Shown here: piece after piece, positions 35,940-49,900 of the stretch
Layout of the letters: every line of letters begins with the position of its first letter
How positions within the stretch are numbered: the stretch's first letter is position 1
Assembly (NCBI RefSeq): GCF_964194025.1
Contig: NC_134471.1
Location: forward strand, 77,314,001-77,378,000
Source of the DNA: Convolutriloba macropyga
Lineage: Eukaryota
Direction: 5' to 3'
Length of the DNA stretch: 64,000 nucleotides
Notes under the pieces: generated by a model
Told to the model about the DNA's origin: nothing
What the model saw: only the letters and a program-made list of their open reading frames with translations
Database searches by the model: none
Made by a program: the position numbers and the translations under genes

Positions 35940-38900
35940 TCGTCGGATTAGTTGAAAAAAAGTCCATAAAGGAAAGATTAGTCTGGCCAACACAGATAAT
36001 AACAACTTTTGTTCCGAGGGAGCATTTTGGTTTGGTTGACACAATATTTTTATATTTAAATGACTATATATAATGAACAAATATGCAGAGCATATCCAAT
36101 TGTGAAGAAACAATTTAGAGTCTGAAAAACCGGATAGTTTAGTAAGAGGTGGTATGAAAAAAATTGTTTCTGAAAAACTTTTTCTGATTTAGTACTGAAT
36201 TACTCTGCAACTTATGAGTGGGGAAACCGTCAGCGGGTCTTTTCGAAGTTTTTCTTCTGAAATCTACAAATTGTTGTTTGCTAATGGGACTAGATGATTG
36301 ATCGCAGTGTTGAAACTTTTAACAACAGACAAATTAGAACATTTCATGATATAACGTCAGTTACTTGGTTACTAATTTGAATATTTCATTATCCGTATTC
36401 GTTTTTCGTTTGTAAATGGTGCAGGGTTGCAAGAACTGTTAAAAGAATACAGTTTATATTTGTCAGATTTTTTTTTCTGAAACTAGTTTTTTATTAAGTG
36501 AAGAGAATATTGGAGTCTCACGCTCTAAAAGTCTCTCGTGTAATATCACACAATTTTTTCCCGTAAGCCATACGCATTCGTTTTCGCGTGAAAAGTGCGT
36601 CTCATGTAATTTCTCTTCCTCGTGAGATAAAAATTTGCACGATTTTTCTCTTAATGAGCCTCTGTCTAAGAAGAATTAGCAATTTTAAGAGGAATATTTT
36701 TCTGAAAAACTTTTCTTTTACTTTTTGTTTTGACATTTCATGAAATGAAAATGAAAGAAATAATTAACACGAACGCTTACCCTGGTTCATGCGTTCAAAC
36801 TTGGGTAACATTGCCTTAAATTAGACTTAAATATAAAACTTCTTCGTTCTTGCTCAATTTTGTGACATACTCTGTTGAAAAAATTGAAATCATCTTAGGG
36901 CTAATCTGATTGAATGCGTTACATCTTGTTTTAATAATTAGGAGAGCACATGCGGAGTTTGCTGACTCCAATTTCGACTCGAAAAAAAAACATTTTTTTT
37001 GCTTCAGAATAGAAATCGTGTAAATTTACACAAGTTTCTTGGGCTTAACTATACCAGTTTTCATGTGAATTGCGCTATAAATCGTGTAATTTTCATGCAT
37101 TTCTTCTGCGAAATTTTTTAAATTTTTGTTTGTTTTCATACAAAATTTTGTGTTTTAATCAAGAATTTGTATTTTTCACAAGAATTTTTTACGATAAACT
37201 GTGTGTTTTATACATGATTTGAGAGAAATTCATATGAAAAATTGAATGATTGAGCCCTAAAAAACTGATTTCTCGTGTAAATGAGCACGAAATCGCTCGT
37301 CCGTTTTTACTTGAGAAATAGTGCAAAATGCCCATTTTTTTGTTCAATTCACAAGAGGAAAATTTAGAGTGCATTCTTACAAACGCCGATGAGCACCAAA
37401 TTAATGAGCTCTAGTGCAAAAATAGATTTTAATGAACTTATACGTCATATTGACTATTTTAGTGTTTTGGTACTATTATGACGTGAAATATTTAGAAGAG
37501 AAAATTTTGCACCTTTACTAAAAACGATGCATTAAAAGCATCATTAAAGGCAACATTAAAACAAAAACAAAAACAGTCTCTTTACGATAAAAAAAAGATT
37601 CACTGAAAACTTTGGATGTTCTTTCTCAAATTTTATTTCCTCTTCAACGACTACTGTAAAAATTTTCTGATATTGTCACCAGGAAAACATGTAAACACGA
37701 ACTGTTTGACTTTTTAAAAACCAGGTGCGAATTATCTAGCTCAAACTTTGATGCGCCAATCTGAATCAGTCAGCATTAGCCCAAATATTTGTACCCAATT
37801 TCAAAGGTACCTTATGAGCTCATATGTACTAGGCAGTTCCAAACCTCATCTTAATACATAGGAACAATCAAATAAGTCTGTTTTCACCAGCTTAAAAGCA
37901 TTGCAACTGTTTGAGCAACAGACTGAGCAACAGTTTGAGGCAGAGATATTCAACTGTTATTTGCAGTCCCTGAATTTGCAAAGCGTGGAAATTTATGATA
38001 CACATCTCGATCTAAGCTCTCAATTACTTTATTTAAATTTTGAAATTTGTTTAGCGACATTTGCAGTTAGTGCTGATGTAATTCGTTCCAATTAAAATTG
38101 ATCTGAATTCGTGGGATTGTTTTTTTGTTTCTGGTTTGAAATGAAATCTTTTTGAAAGAGCGGTAATTCATTTTACTAGTTTTAAAAATGATATTTTAAC
38201 AAAAATTCTTCTACCACTTCAACCTAAAATTATATAAGATGCAAGCTAAATATAATGCAAAAAAATTAAGATCGGCTCTAAGAAGCGCAATCTGATGAAA
38301 AATCAAGGCTATATTCAACGCTATTTTCAACTCAAGACTTTGTAACATCGATGCCACATTCAACGCAAACATATGTAAGGTCTACGCTGGAGAACGCAAA
38401 ACTTTGTGAGAAAAACGCTAAACTCTTTGTAAAACTATGTAAGATCTACGATTAGAAACGGAAATACTTTCGGGATCTATTCTGTTTGCCCCCCCCCCCC
38501 CAACTTAATTAGCTTATATTTTTTAAGCCTACCAGGAGCACGTGTTTTCTTAGATAGTAACGTGCTATAAAACAACAAATAATTTGTAACTTGGGGTGTA
38601 AAAAACACTGGGGTGCCAAAACAAAATAGATCATATTTTCGTTTCAACGCCTCAACCATAGTTCTTACATAATTGCAACGCAATCACCGCCAATCTTTTG
38701 AAGGTTTTTGTGTTTCCCGCCCGGATCAGATTTTGAACGTCGAAATCGTAGATATCATTCAAAAAACTTTTAGAAAGTACGCAATGTTTCTATATATCCT
38801 CAGTTTTAGGAGAGCTGTTTGTGAATCAAATATCCTTCGCTCAGGGATTGAATCTATTCCGTTTGTGCCCCCCCCCCGCAGTACGTTATGTTTTCCCCCC

Positions 38901-39279
38901 CGTTACAAAGCACATGTCATTACATGGTAAATCATTATATAAAAATGTGGCACTTGCTTCTGGGGGATGCAAATGAAATGCACCCATAAAACTGGGTGGG
39001 GTACAAACGGAAATGATCCCAGGGATTGACTTAAGTTGTAAAACGATGTAAGATTGGGGTGTAATGGGGGTTAATTGAAGATATTACCGGGAATTTTAAG
39101 ATTTTACCCAAAAAAAAAATTATCCCCGCCCCGAACCAACCCCCCCCCCCAACCCCACCAAAAGGATGTAAGATTAGGGGGTAATTTTAGGGGGAGGGGT
39201 GGGGTTAAAACGAGGTAAGATTATGGAGGGAAGGGGTAACGGGACTTGGTTCAAATAGGCTGCCCGTCAAGAATTGGGC

Positions 39280-39352
39280 AAGCATTGATGGTTTAGAGGC
39301 TAAGGAGAACCAGTTGAGGGTACAAAGGTTGCAAGTTCAATACTGTCAGTCT
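39280..39352 (+). mobile_element. Possible decayed tRNA-derived (SINE-head-like) sequence
   Basis: A-box-like TGGTTTAGAGGCTAAG and B-box-like AAAGGTTGCAAGTTCAATAC at tRNA-like spacing; no convincing cloverleaf. Confidence 0.3.
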
Positions 39353-40011
39353 TCGAGTATGGGGGGCATGGGTAAAATAATGTAAAATTAGGGGGGATAA
39401 TGGGGATATTTACCTCCTAATCTTGCATAATTTTAACCACCCCCTTCCCCCCAAAAAAAACAATTTACCCCCTACTATTGCACCATTTTACCAACCTAAA
39501 TTACCCCTCTTATCCCCCAATTTTGCATCGAATAACCCCACATTAACCCTCAAATGATGTAAGGATTTTGAAGGAAATTGGCTAAAAATTCCCCGGTTGC
39601 TTTCTTAATCTCACATCTTTGGAAGAAAAAATTCGACACCCGACGCAATCCGAATAAACAATTCAGCAATATTATTTTGTTTACAATAAATTAAAGACAC
39701 TAAATTACAGACCTTATCTTGAAGCTCTTGTCCCATTATTTCAAGTTTTCGTTTGTTCACGTGTATTCAGTTTTTCTGTGTCGATAGGGCAGTGTATTGA
39801 GCACCCTGGATTAAAATTTATCAACCGTTCTGGATTTTAAGATTGGTTTCATAATTGCCTGCCTGGAGAAACTCCCCGTCCAGGATTAAATGAATATGCC
39901 AGTCTGGAGGAATTAAATGCACAAGACCTCCGCTTGCATCGGCTTAGTCAATCAGAATCAAAACCCGGGTCAGATATTTGAAGTCTGAGTGCAGTAAACC
40001 AAAAACTGTAG

Positions 40012-43000
40012 CCCTGGTTTAGACCTCGACTTATGAAAAGACATTATAAATCTAGTGGGGGAGGGGGGTCTTCATTGATTATAAATACACAGTCCAGCAC
40101 TTAGTTGAAGTCCAGGTAAAGTCTATTGATGGGTCGAGCAAAATCTTTTCATAGACTAATAAAGTCGAGCACGGTCTTTGCATGGGTCGAGCAAGGGTCT
40201 GTTTATAAGCCAAATAAAGCCGAACACGGTCTTTGCATGGGTCGAGCAAGGGTCTGTTTATAAGCCAAATAAAGCCGAACACGGTCTTTTCATGGCTCGA
40301 GCAAGGGTCTGTTCATAAGCCAAATAAAGTCAATCACGGTCTTTGCATGGTCGAGCAAGGGTTCGTTTATAAGCCAAATAAAGTCGAACACGGTCTTTGC
40401 ATGGTCGAGCAAGGGTTTGTTTATAAGCCAAATAAAGTCGAACACGGTCTTTTCATGGGTCGAGTAAGGGTCTGTTCATAAGCCAAAAAAAGTCGAGCAT
40501 GGTCTTCTCATCGGTCGAGCAAGGGTCTGTTCATAAGTCAAATAAAGTCGAACACGGTTTTTTCATGGGTCAAGCAAGGGTCTGTTCATAAGCCAAATAA
40601 AGTCGAGCACGGTCTTTGCATGGTCGAGCAAGGGTCTGTTCATAAGCCAAATAAAGTCGAACACGGTCTTTGCATGATCGAGCAAGGGTTTGTTTATAAG
40701 CCAAATAAAGTCGAACACGGTCTTTTCATGGGTCGAGTAAGGGTCTGTTCATAAGCCAAATAAAGTCGAGCACGGTCTTCTCATCGGTCGAGCAAGGGTC
40801 TGTTCATAAGTCAAATAAAGTCAAACACGGTTTTTTCATGGGTCAAGCAAGGGTCTGTTCATAAGCCAAATAAAGTCGAGCACGGTCTTTGCATGGGTCG
40901 AGCAAGGGTCTGTTTATAAGCCAAATAAAGCCGAACACGGTCTTTGGATGGTCGAGCAAGGGTTTGTTTATAAGCCAAATAAAGCCGAACACGGTCTTTT
41001 CATGGGTCGAGTAAGGGTCTGTTCATAAGCCAAATAAAGTTGAACACGGTCTCTGCATGGCTCTTGCAAGGGTCTGTTCATAAACCAAATAAACGCGAAC
41101 ACGGTTTTTTCATGGGTCGAGCAAGGGTCTGTTCATAAGCCAAATAAATTCGAGCACGGTATTTGCATGGGTCGAGCAAGGGTCTGTTTATAAGCCAAAT
41201 AAAGTCGAACACGGTCTTTTCATGGGTCGAGCAAGGGTCTGTTCATAAGCCAAATAAAGTCGAACACGGTCTTTGCATGGGTCGAGCAAGGGTTTATTTA
41301 TAAGCCAAATAAAGTCGAACACGGTTTTTTCATGGGTCGAGCAAGCATCTTTTCATAAGCCAAATAAAGTCGAGCACGGTCTTTGAATGGGTCGAGTAAG
41401 GGTCTGTTCATAAGCCAAATAAAGTTGAACACGGTCTCTGCATGGCTCTTGCAAGGGTCTGTTCATAAACCAAATAAACGCGAACACGGTTTTTTCATGG
41501 GTCGAGCAAGGGTCTGTTCATAAGCCAAATAAATTCGAGCACGGTCTTTGCATGGGTCGAGCAAGGGTCTGTTTATAAGCCAAATAAAGCCGAACACGGT
41601 CTTTTCATGGCTCGAGCAAGGGTCTGTTCATAAGCCAAATAAAGTCGAGCACGGTCTTTGCATGGTCGAGCAAAGGTTTGTTTATAAGCCAAATAAAGTC
41701 GAACACGGTCTTTTCATGGATCGAGTAAGGGTCTGTTCATAAGGCAAATAAAGTTGAACACGGTATCTGCATGGCTCTTGCAAGGGTCTGTTCATAAACC
41801 AAATAAACGCGAACACGGTTTTTTCATGGGTCGAGCAAGGGTCTGTTCATAAGCCAAATAAATTCGAGCACGGTCTTTGCATGGGTCGAGCAAGGGTCTG
41901 TTTATAAGCCAAATAAAGTCGAACACGGTCTTTTCATGGGTCGAGCAAGGGTCTGTTCATAAGCCAAATAAAGTTGAACACGGTATCTGCATGGCTCTTG
42001 CAAGGGTCTGTTCATAAACCAAATAAACGCGAACACGGTTTTTTCATGGGTCGAGCAAGGGTCTGTTCATAAGCCAAATAAATTCGAGCACGGTCTTTGC
42101 ATGGGTCGAGCAAGGGTCTGTTTATAAGCCAAATAAAGTCGAACACGGTCTTTTCATGGCTCGAGCAAGGGTCTGTTCATAAGCCAAATAAAGTCGAGCA
42201 CGGTCTTTGCATGGTCGAGCAAAGGTTTGTTTATAAGCCAAATAAAGTCGAACACGGTCTTTTCATGGATCGAGTAAGGGTCTGTTCATAAGCCAAATAA
42301 AGTTGAACACGGTATCTGCATGGCTCTTGCAAGGGTCTGTTCATAAACCAAATAAACGCGAACACGGTTTTTTCATGGGTCGAGCAAGGGTCTGTTCATA
42401 AGCCAAATAAATTCGAGCACGGTCTTTGCATGGGTCGAGCAAGGGTCTGTTTATAAGCCAAATAAAGTCGAACACGGTCTTTTCATGGCTCGAGCAAGGG
42501 TCTGTTCATAAGCCAAATAAAGTCGAGCACGGTCTTTGCATGGTCGAGCAAAGGTTTGTTTATAAGCCAAATAAAGTCGAACACGGTCTTTTCATGGATC
42601 GAGTAAGGGTCTGTTCATAAGCCAAATAAAGTTGAACACGGTATCTGCATGGCTCTTGCAAGGGTCTGTTCATAAACCAAATAAACGCGAACACGGTTTT
42701 TTCATGGGTCGAGCAAGGGTCTGTTCATAAGCCAAATAAATTCGAGCACGGTCTTTGCATGGGTCGAGCAAGGGTCTGTTTATAAGCCAAATAAAGTCGA
42801 ACACGGTCTTTGCATGGGTCGAGCAAGGGTTTATTTATAAGCCAAATAAAGTCGAACACGGTCTTTTCATGGGTCGAGCAAGGATCTGTTCATAAGCCAA
42901 ATAAAGTCGAGCACGGTCTTTGAATGGGTCGAGTAAGGGTCTGTTCATAAGCCAAATAAAATAGAACACGGCCTCTGCATGGCTCTTGCAAGGATCTGTT

Positions 43001-43400
43001 CATAAACCAAATAAACGCGAACACGGTTTTTTCTTGGGTCGAGCAAGGGTCTGTTCATAAGCCAAATAAAGTCGAGCACGGTCTTTGCATTGGTCGAGCA
43101 AGAGTCTGTTTACAAGCCAAACAAAGTCGAATACGGTCTTTGAATGGGTCGACCATGGGTCTGCTCATAAGCCAAATAAAGTTGAGCACGGTGTTTGCAT
43201 GGGTCGAGCAAGGGTCTGTTCATAAGCCAAATAAAGTCGAGCACATTCTTTGCATGGGTCGAGCAAGGTTCTGTTCATAAGACAAATAAAGTCGAGCACG
43301 GTGTTTGCATGGGTCGAGCAAGAGTTTGTTCATAAGCCAAATAAAGTCGAGCACGGTCTTTTCATGGGTCGAGCAAGGGTCTGTTAATAAGCCAAATAAA
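40012..43400 (+). repeat. 55-bp tandem array (roughly 59 monomers, ~40140-43400) behind a transposon-like terminus at 40012
   Basis: Monomer GTCGAGCACGGTCTTTGCATGGGTCGAGCAAGGGTCTGTTCATAAGCCAAATAAA. Upstream CCCTGGTTTAGACCTCGACTTATGAAAAGAC resembles the TIR of the 6982 MITE. Confidence 0.95.
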
Positions 43401-43419
43401 CATTTTAAACATCTTTTTA

Positions 43420-43625
43420 CAGCAGTACTGTCGGAAAATTATCTCAAAAGATTGAAAAAACCAACTTTTGAGGATTTCCTGTATGTTCTGGGTGTGTTTC
43501 TCTCCTCCTTTTTCATCCGGGCTGGGGACCGGCTACGGCGGAGTTACAAACGAACATCTATTGGAGAATTGAGTCCTAGCAAACGGTAAAAATCCGCGCT
43601 GTAAGACTCTCTCCGAGTAAAACCA
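43420..43625 (+). repeat. Dispersed repeat, copy 2 (see 24945-25125)
   Basis: Shared GGGAC.GGCTACGGCGGA.TTA.AAAC core and flanks. Confidence 0.75.
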
Positions 43626-43949
43626 GACAAAAAAAAACAAAACAAAACAAAACAAATTACGTAATGACGTACTGATCACATCTCTAGGTCAATAACTAGC
43701 ACGGATTGCACTAAAATGTGTGACAAATCATAAAATAACAGATTTGGAACCACAGTTTTCATTTGCTCATCTATTCGGCAATTTTCACGACGAATATTTG
43801 ACACAAACGCAATAAGATTGTCACGATTTGCATTAAAATGTTTGACAAACCATAAAATAACAGCAGTGGAGCCACGAATTTTATTTGATCAAATAGTCGA
43901 AAAGTTTTAAATTGAGAAGATCTAACACGCACGCTAGTAGATCGTTACA

Positions 43950-45900
43950 GAGGTTCATTCAAAGCTGCATTATCCAACAGAAAAATGATATTACTTCAAA
44001 TACGAAACCTTTAATAGATGATATAAAAGAAATGGAGCTCAACACTACTCATGGCACTGACGCTATTCGCTATAGATTCAGTTAACTTCAATTTTTTTGA
44101 AAAGCGTTCCAGATCTGGCCAAAGTATCTATCACTATCTGCCTAGATCCTCAGCCTATACTCACAGTAGAAAAACACAACATCAAAAACTGTATTTGAAC
44201 CAAGCATTTGTAGTTAAAAAATTTATCAAATACGTTACTTCCATCAATATTATAATGAAACTATAACCATTTTCACATGATTCTAAATTTTACAGCTGAG
44301 AACACAGGTATACTTCCCGTGTTAGAAGCCCAGATACAAACCGAATATTCACAAAATTTTAAAAGTAATCTTTCTGGTAAAAGGCAAACATTTTTGGGAC
44401 TTTTTAGTCAATCAATTTCTCCGTGCCCAATACCAGAAGATAGCCAACACAACAATAAACAAAACTATACAAACAAGAATCAGTCAATGCCCCATTCAAA
44501 TTAATATAACAGAAAATTTCAAACCTAGATTAACGTTATGATAGATCATATCAATAGCACAGAAACTATATCCACCACAGAGTCAACCTTGAAAACAGAT
44601 TTAAAAGAAGCACAGCTTCTTAAACAAGGACTCAAATGAATCATGCTTGAGTGGAAGGTAGATACACAAAACAAAAGTTATTATTTTTCTAAGAAGAGTA
44701 TCGATCCCTTACAGACGCTTAATTTTTTGAAACATCTTCATATGAGAGTACATTGGTTTTAACGCTCATGCTACAAGTACTTCAATTAGAGTTATCACGG
44801 TAATGCGCGATATAAGCACCGCCGCAAACGGAAAAAAGATTTTCTCTTGAAACGAGGAGTTACTCTAGAACTCATTAGCAACGACACTTGGAACCAAAAT
44901 AAAGGTGATCATAATTGTAAACTCACACCATTAAAACATTTTCTCTCAGCAACAAATGTACAGCTCTTTAGAAAGATTCAGTGAAACCGTATCTCACTCC
45001 AGATTTTTCAGAATCATAAAATACCGAAACCACTTTTTTTCCCTAAAAATGGTTTTTCATAAGATTTCTTTCNNNNNNNNNNNNNNNNNNNNNNNNNNNN
45101 NNNNNNNNNNNNNNNNNNNNNNNNNNNNNNNNNNNNNNNNNNNNNNNNNNNNNNNNNNNNNNNNNNNNNNNNNNNNNNNNNNNNNNNNNNNNNNNNNNNN
45201 NNNNNNNNNNNNNNNNNNNNNNNNNNNNNNNNNNNNNNNNNNNNNNNNNNNNNNNNNNNNNNNNNNNNNNNNAATTTAGACTTTGGATAGACTATGCTAA
45301 ACACCATCCATATAATTTTTAACGTTCCCCACTATATAAAATAATAATCTCATTTTCATCCCCAAGAAAACAGAAAACTAGTGAGTCAACTCATATTATT
45401 CGAGTTTAGAAACTGTTTTTGAACGGTCTCTAACTGCAAACATGAGATCTCTCATTCATTCCATGAATTTTTATTTCTTTCTATTTTGGAAATTTGTACT
45501 GTACAGCTATTGTTCAAGTCTTTGTTCATATCATACTTCATAACTTCATTTTTCGAACCTTCCTGTTCTCAATTGCGAACCTATTGTTTTTGCACAACAA
45601 GATCATTTGTTTTTTCAACGGTGACAATTATATATCGGTAATCACAGTTTTTTTATAAAACACCAGCAGTTGACCGATATGAACAAACTCAGCAAAATTT
45701 AGGTAATTAAACTGATAAGACAACAGCATACCTCACTCTACGCCTACAATTAAAACAAAATACAATGTCTTCCAACCGTCTTCCCTACAGACTGAATAAG
45801 AACAGGTAACAATTTCATAATTGGGCAAAGCAAAGTGTTACAAAGTCTCACAAAATTTGTTCACATAAGATATTCAGACTTTAAAGCAGTGAAGTTCTAT
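43950..45900 (+). mobile_element. Possible very old LINE (CR1/L2-like) remnant
   Basis: A-rich plus strand with faint remnants such as ISPCPIP...NNKQ.Y..K.Q (~44400) and LLFKSLF...FEPSCSQLR (~45510). No catalytic motif recognisable. Confidence 0.25.
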
Positions 45901-46846
45901 CATTTCTTTTAAAATTAAGGTCACGAAAATTAATTTTTTTTTAAAACTCAACAAGAAGAACCATTAAGTAAAAACAACGGTTTTTCCGATTATCTGTCAA
46001 AAAATTTGCTATATATTTGACAGATATTGTAAATCACAGCGAGATATTTACTTTTTTAATTTTCCAGAATCTTCATTACAGAAATTTATGAACAAGTTTA
46101 CTGCAAACGTATTTCTCCTCGTATATATTTGTTAGTTTTCAATAGCTTACCTGTCGGAACACTAATCCCTAACTGATCAAAAAACGATTTATTAGTTCGT
46201 ATGACAAAGCAAAATTTATAATGTCTTCGCACTTATCGAGAAGATAAATCATTAATTTTTACTGCATAGTGGAGCGCAGAATTCAGTTTATCGTTCTTAA
46301 AGCATAAAAAAGCCTAAAGCTAACGGGAAGCCTGAAATAAATAGAAAATTCGATAACAAAAACCCAATAAATCGTTTGCAGGTCTTGACTACACTGCGGA
46401 GCAGTTAAGTTCCCCATTTTTTTAACATCTTATCCATAGCGCAAATATCTTTGCAAAGACTTTTATTTTGAAAAATCTTATTATCCAATAACTCATTACT
46501 AGGAGAACATTTCATTAAACTATACCATATCCAAGCCATATATGGAATTTATGGTAAATTGGCAACCACATAGATGACCATGCAAAAAGAATCAACAATG
46601 CTCAAAAAGCTCTTAAAACACCCATAAAATGCACTCTGAGTGGAGAAAAACTCATCAAGACATTTGAAAAAAAAATGAAGTTCATGGTGTCTTGGGAACC
46701 ATAACCAAGACCATGCACATTTATGTTGCCAAATAAGACCATAAAAGTCAAAGTCAAAAAATACAAAAAAAATACAGATAACAGCTTAATTAACATCTTC
46801 TGAGTACATTAAGCGTTCCAAAGCAAAGTAGGTTAGTTCGATTTTT

Positions 46847-46910
46847 ATTTCTTGGCAACCATATCGAAGACCATAAATATTTATGGTCTTGCATATGGTT
46901 GCCAAGAAAT
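46847..46910. repeat. 64-bp near-perfect palindrome
   Basis: ATTTCTTGGCAACCATATCGAAGACCATAAAT followed by ATTTATGGTCTTGCATATGGTTGCCAAGAAAT; the arms differ only at CG/GC. Confidence 0.9.
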
Positions 46911-46974
46911 CCATGACTTTTCAGATTTCCTCAAAAGTGTCTAAAAAGCTTGAAAAATTGCAGTAAGTAACACA

Positions 46975-49900
46975 TTTTTGGTAGCAGAAGGCATTTGTTT
47001 TCTTCAGCACTAAATGGAGTTCTCAAAAAAAATAGAAGAAAATCTACGAAACGACTTTAAAATTTGGCACAAAAATATTGTTTCTAGAGCCAAAATCAGT
47101 AGTAAAAATAACGACCACTCTTTTCACAAATAAAAGGCCATACTAAAGTGTTTTTGCAGGCATTTTGATCAGAAGACATAATTAGTAACAGAAAAACTCA
47201 TTCAATTACACAAAAATAAGCTACTGTTCTTCTTAATTAGGATTTTTTAAAATTGATTTTATTATAATTTGTTGTATTTTGTGGAGTGTGATAAAATGTG
47301 CTATAAATGCTGCAATAAACATCTGGAGCTACAATATGCGGCCTCATACCTATAAGATTGCCACTTGTTACAATGGTATGATTGCCAAGAAATCTATAAA
47401 CAGAAAAATTTTAATAAAGATCTCCTCTCCATACGTTTATGTTGTTGCCCTAAAGTTGTCCTACATTGGCGTATTCTGCCACTGTTGTTTACTTTTTTCG
47501 TATTATATCGAGCTTAATTATTAGGAACAATAATCTTTGTTTATTTTCCGTCTAACTTAAACAAAAAAAAACAAAAATATTTTCAAGAATTCATAGGCGT
47601 TTATCGTAATTTACATGGATCGTTTGGATGACACACCTGTTTTCAATAAAATACATTGTAAAATAAGAGATTTATGTTAGAAAGCATATGTTTACTTCAA
47701 CACCATGAGGAGTTCTATAGAAAAAATAATAGAAGAAAAGAAACAAAACGACCTTAAAATTTGACACAAATACATTGTTTCCATAGACAAAATCAGTAGT
47801 AAAACTAACGACCATTCTTTTCACAAATAAAATCCCATACTAAAGTGTTTTTGCGGGCATTTTGATCAGAAGGCATAATTAGTAACAGAGAGCTCATTCA
47901 ATTACAGAAAAATAAGCTACTGTTCTTCTTAATTAGGATTTTTTTAAATTGAGGTTATTACAATTTGTTGTATTTCGTGGAGTGTGATAAAATGTGCTAT
48001 AAATGCTGCAATAGACATCCGGAGCTATAATATGCGGGCTCATACCTATAAGATTGTCACTTTTAGCATTTTGTTACTATGGTCTTTGATATGATTGCCA
48101 AGAAATCCATAAATAGAATAGTTTTTAATAAAGATCTCCTTTTCATACGTTTATGTTTTTGCCCCGAAGTTGTCCTACATTGCGTATTCTGCCACTGTTG
48201 TTTACTTTTTTAGTATATTTTAAAGTTTTATTATTCAGAACAATCATCTTTGTTTATTTTTTGTCTAACTTAAACAAAAAAAACAAAGATATTTTCAATA
48301 GTTTATAGGTTTTATCGTAATTAACATGGATGGTTTGGATGACACATCTGTTTTCAATAGAAAAACAATAAAAAATAAGAGATTTCTGTCAGCAGAAGGC
48401 ATATGATTACTTCAACACCATCAGGAGTTCTATACAAAAAATAATAGAAGAAATGATACGAAACGACCTTAAAATTCGACACAAATACATTTTTTCTAGA
48501 GCCAATATCAGCAGTAAAAACAACGACCACTCATTTCACAAATGAGAAGGTCATACAAAAGTGTTTGTGGGAATTTTTGTTCAGAATGCATAATTAGTTA
48601 CAGAGGGCTCATTCAATTAATTACACAAAAATAAGTTACCGTTCTTCTTAATTAGGATTTTTTATTTTGATGTTATTATAATTTGTTGTTTTTCGTGGAG
48701 TGTGATAAAATGTGCTATAAAAGCTGCAATAGACACCTGAAGACAGCGTATGCGGCCTTAAACCTATAAGATTGTCACTTTTGGCATTTTGTTGCAATGG
48801 TCTTTGATATGATTGCCGAGAACTCCATTAAAAAATAATTTTTAATAAAGATCTTCTTTTCATAATTTTATATTGTTGCCTCAAAGTTGTGCTAGTTTTG
48901 CGTAATCTGCGACTGTTGTTTACTTTTAATAAGTTTTAAGTATTAAGAACAATCAGTTTTGTTGATTTTTTGTCTGACTTAAACAAAAATGCAAAGATAA
49001 GAGTTTATCGGCCCTTATCGTAATTTACATTGATCGTTTGGATGATACAACTGTTTTCAATAGACAAACAATGTAAATTAAAACATTTTTGTTAGCAGAA
49101 AGCTTATGTTTACTTCAACACCATGTGGGGCTCTATCCAAATAAATAGAAGAAAAGAAAAGAAACGATATGACCGTATAATTTCACGCCAACACAATGTT
49201 CATAGAGTCAAAATCAGCAATAAAAACAACGACCACTCTGTTCAGAATCAAGGGGCCCTATAAAATTGTTTTTGAGGGATTTTTGTTCAGAACGCATAAT
49301 TAGTAACAAAAAGCTAATTCACTAACATAAGAATAAGCAATTGCTCTTAACACTTTTTTTCAGGTTGATTTTATTATAATTGCTTGTATTTCATGGATTG
49401 TGATAAAATGTGCTATAAATGCTGCAATAAACATCTGAAGTCAGCATATGCAGACTTATAACTTTAAAAATGTCACCTTTGTATTTCGTTATTCTGGTCT
49501 TTGATATGATTGCTAAGAAATCCATAAGTAAATTTTTTTTAAATAAAGATGGTTTTTCATACTTTTTTATTGTCGCCTCAAAGTTGTCCTATACTAGCGT
49601 ACTCTGCCCCTTCTGTTCGCTTTTAATTAGTATTTTATTAATTTTAAGGATTAAGAACATTCAGTAATGTTTATTTTTTTGTCTAACTTAAACAAAATAC
49701 AAAACTAATTTTCAAAAGTTTATCTGCTTTTATCATTATTTATATGGATCGTTTGGATGCCTCAATGGTTTTCACTAGAAAAACAATGTAAAACAAGACC
49801 TTTTTTAGCAGAAAGCTTACGTTGACTTCAACACCATGTAAAGTTCTATACAAAAAAATTAGAGGAAAAGAAACAAAACGACCGTAAAATTTCACGCAAA

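Noticed and set aside
40140-43400. CRISPR-like array or repetitive ORFs (MHGSSKGLF...)
   Set aside because: Monomers are contiguous with no unique spacers and no cas genes; the 55-bp period breaks reading frames, so the ORFs are by-products.
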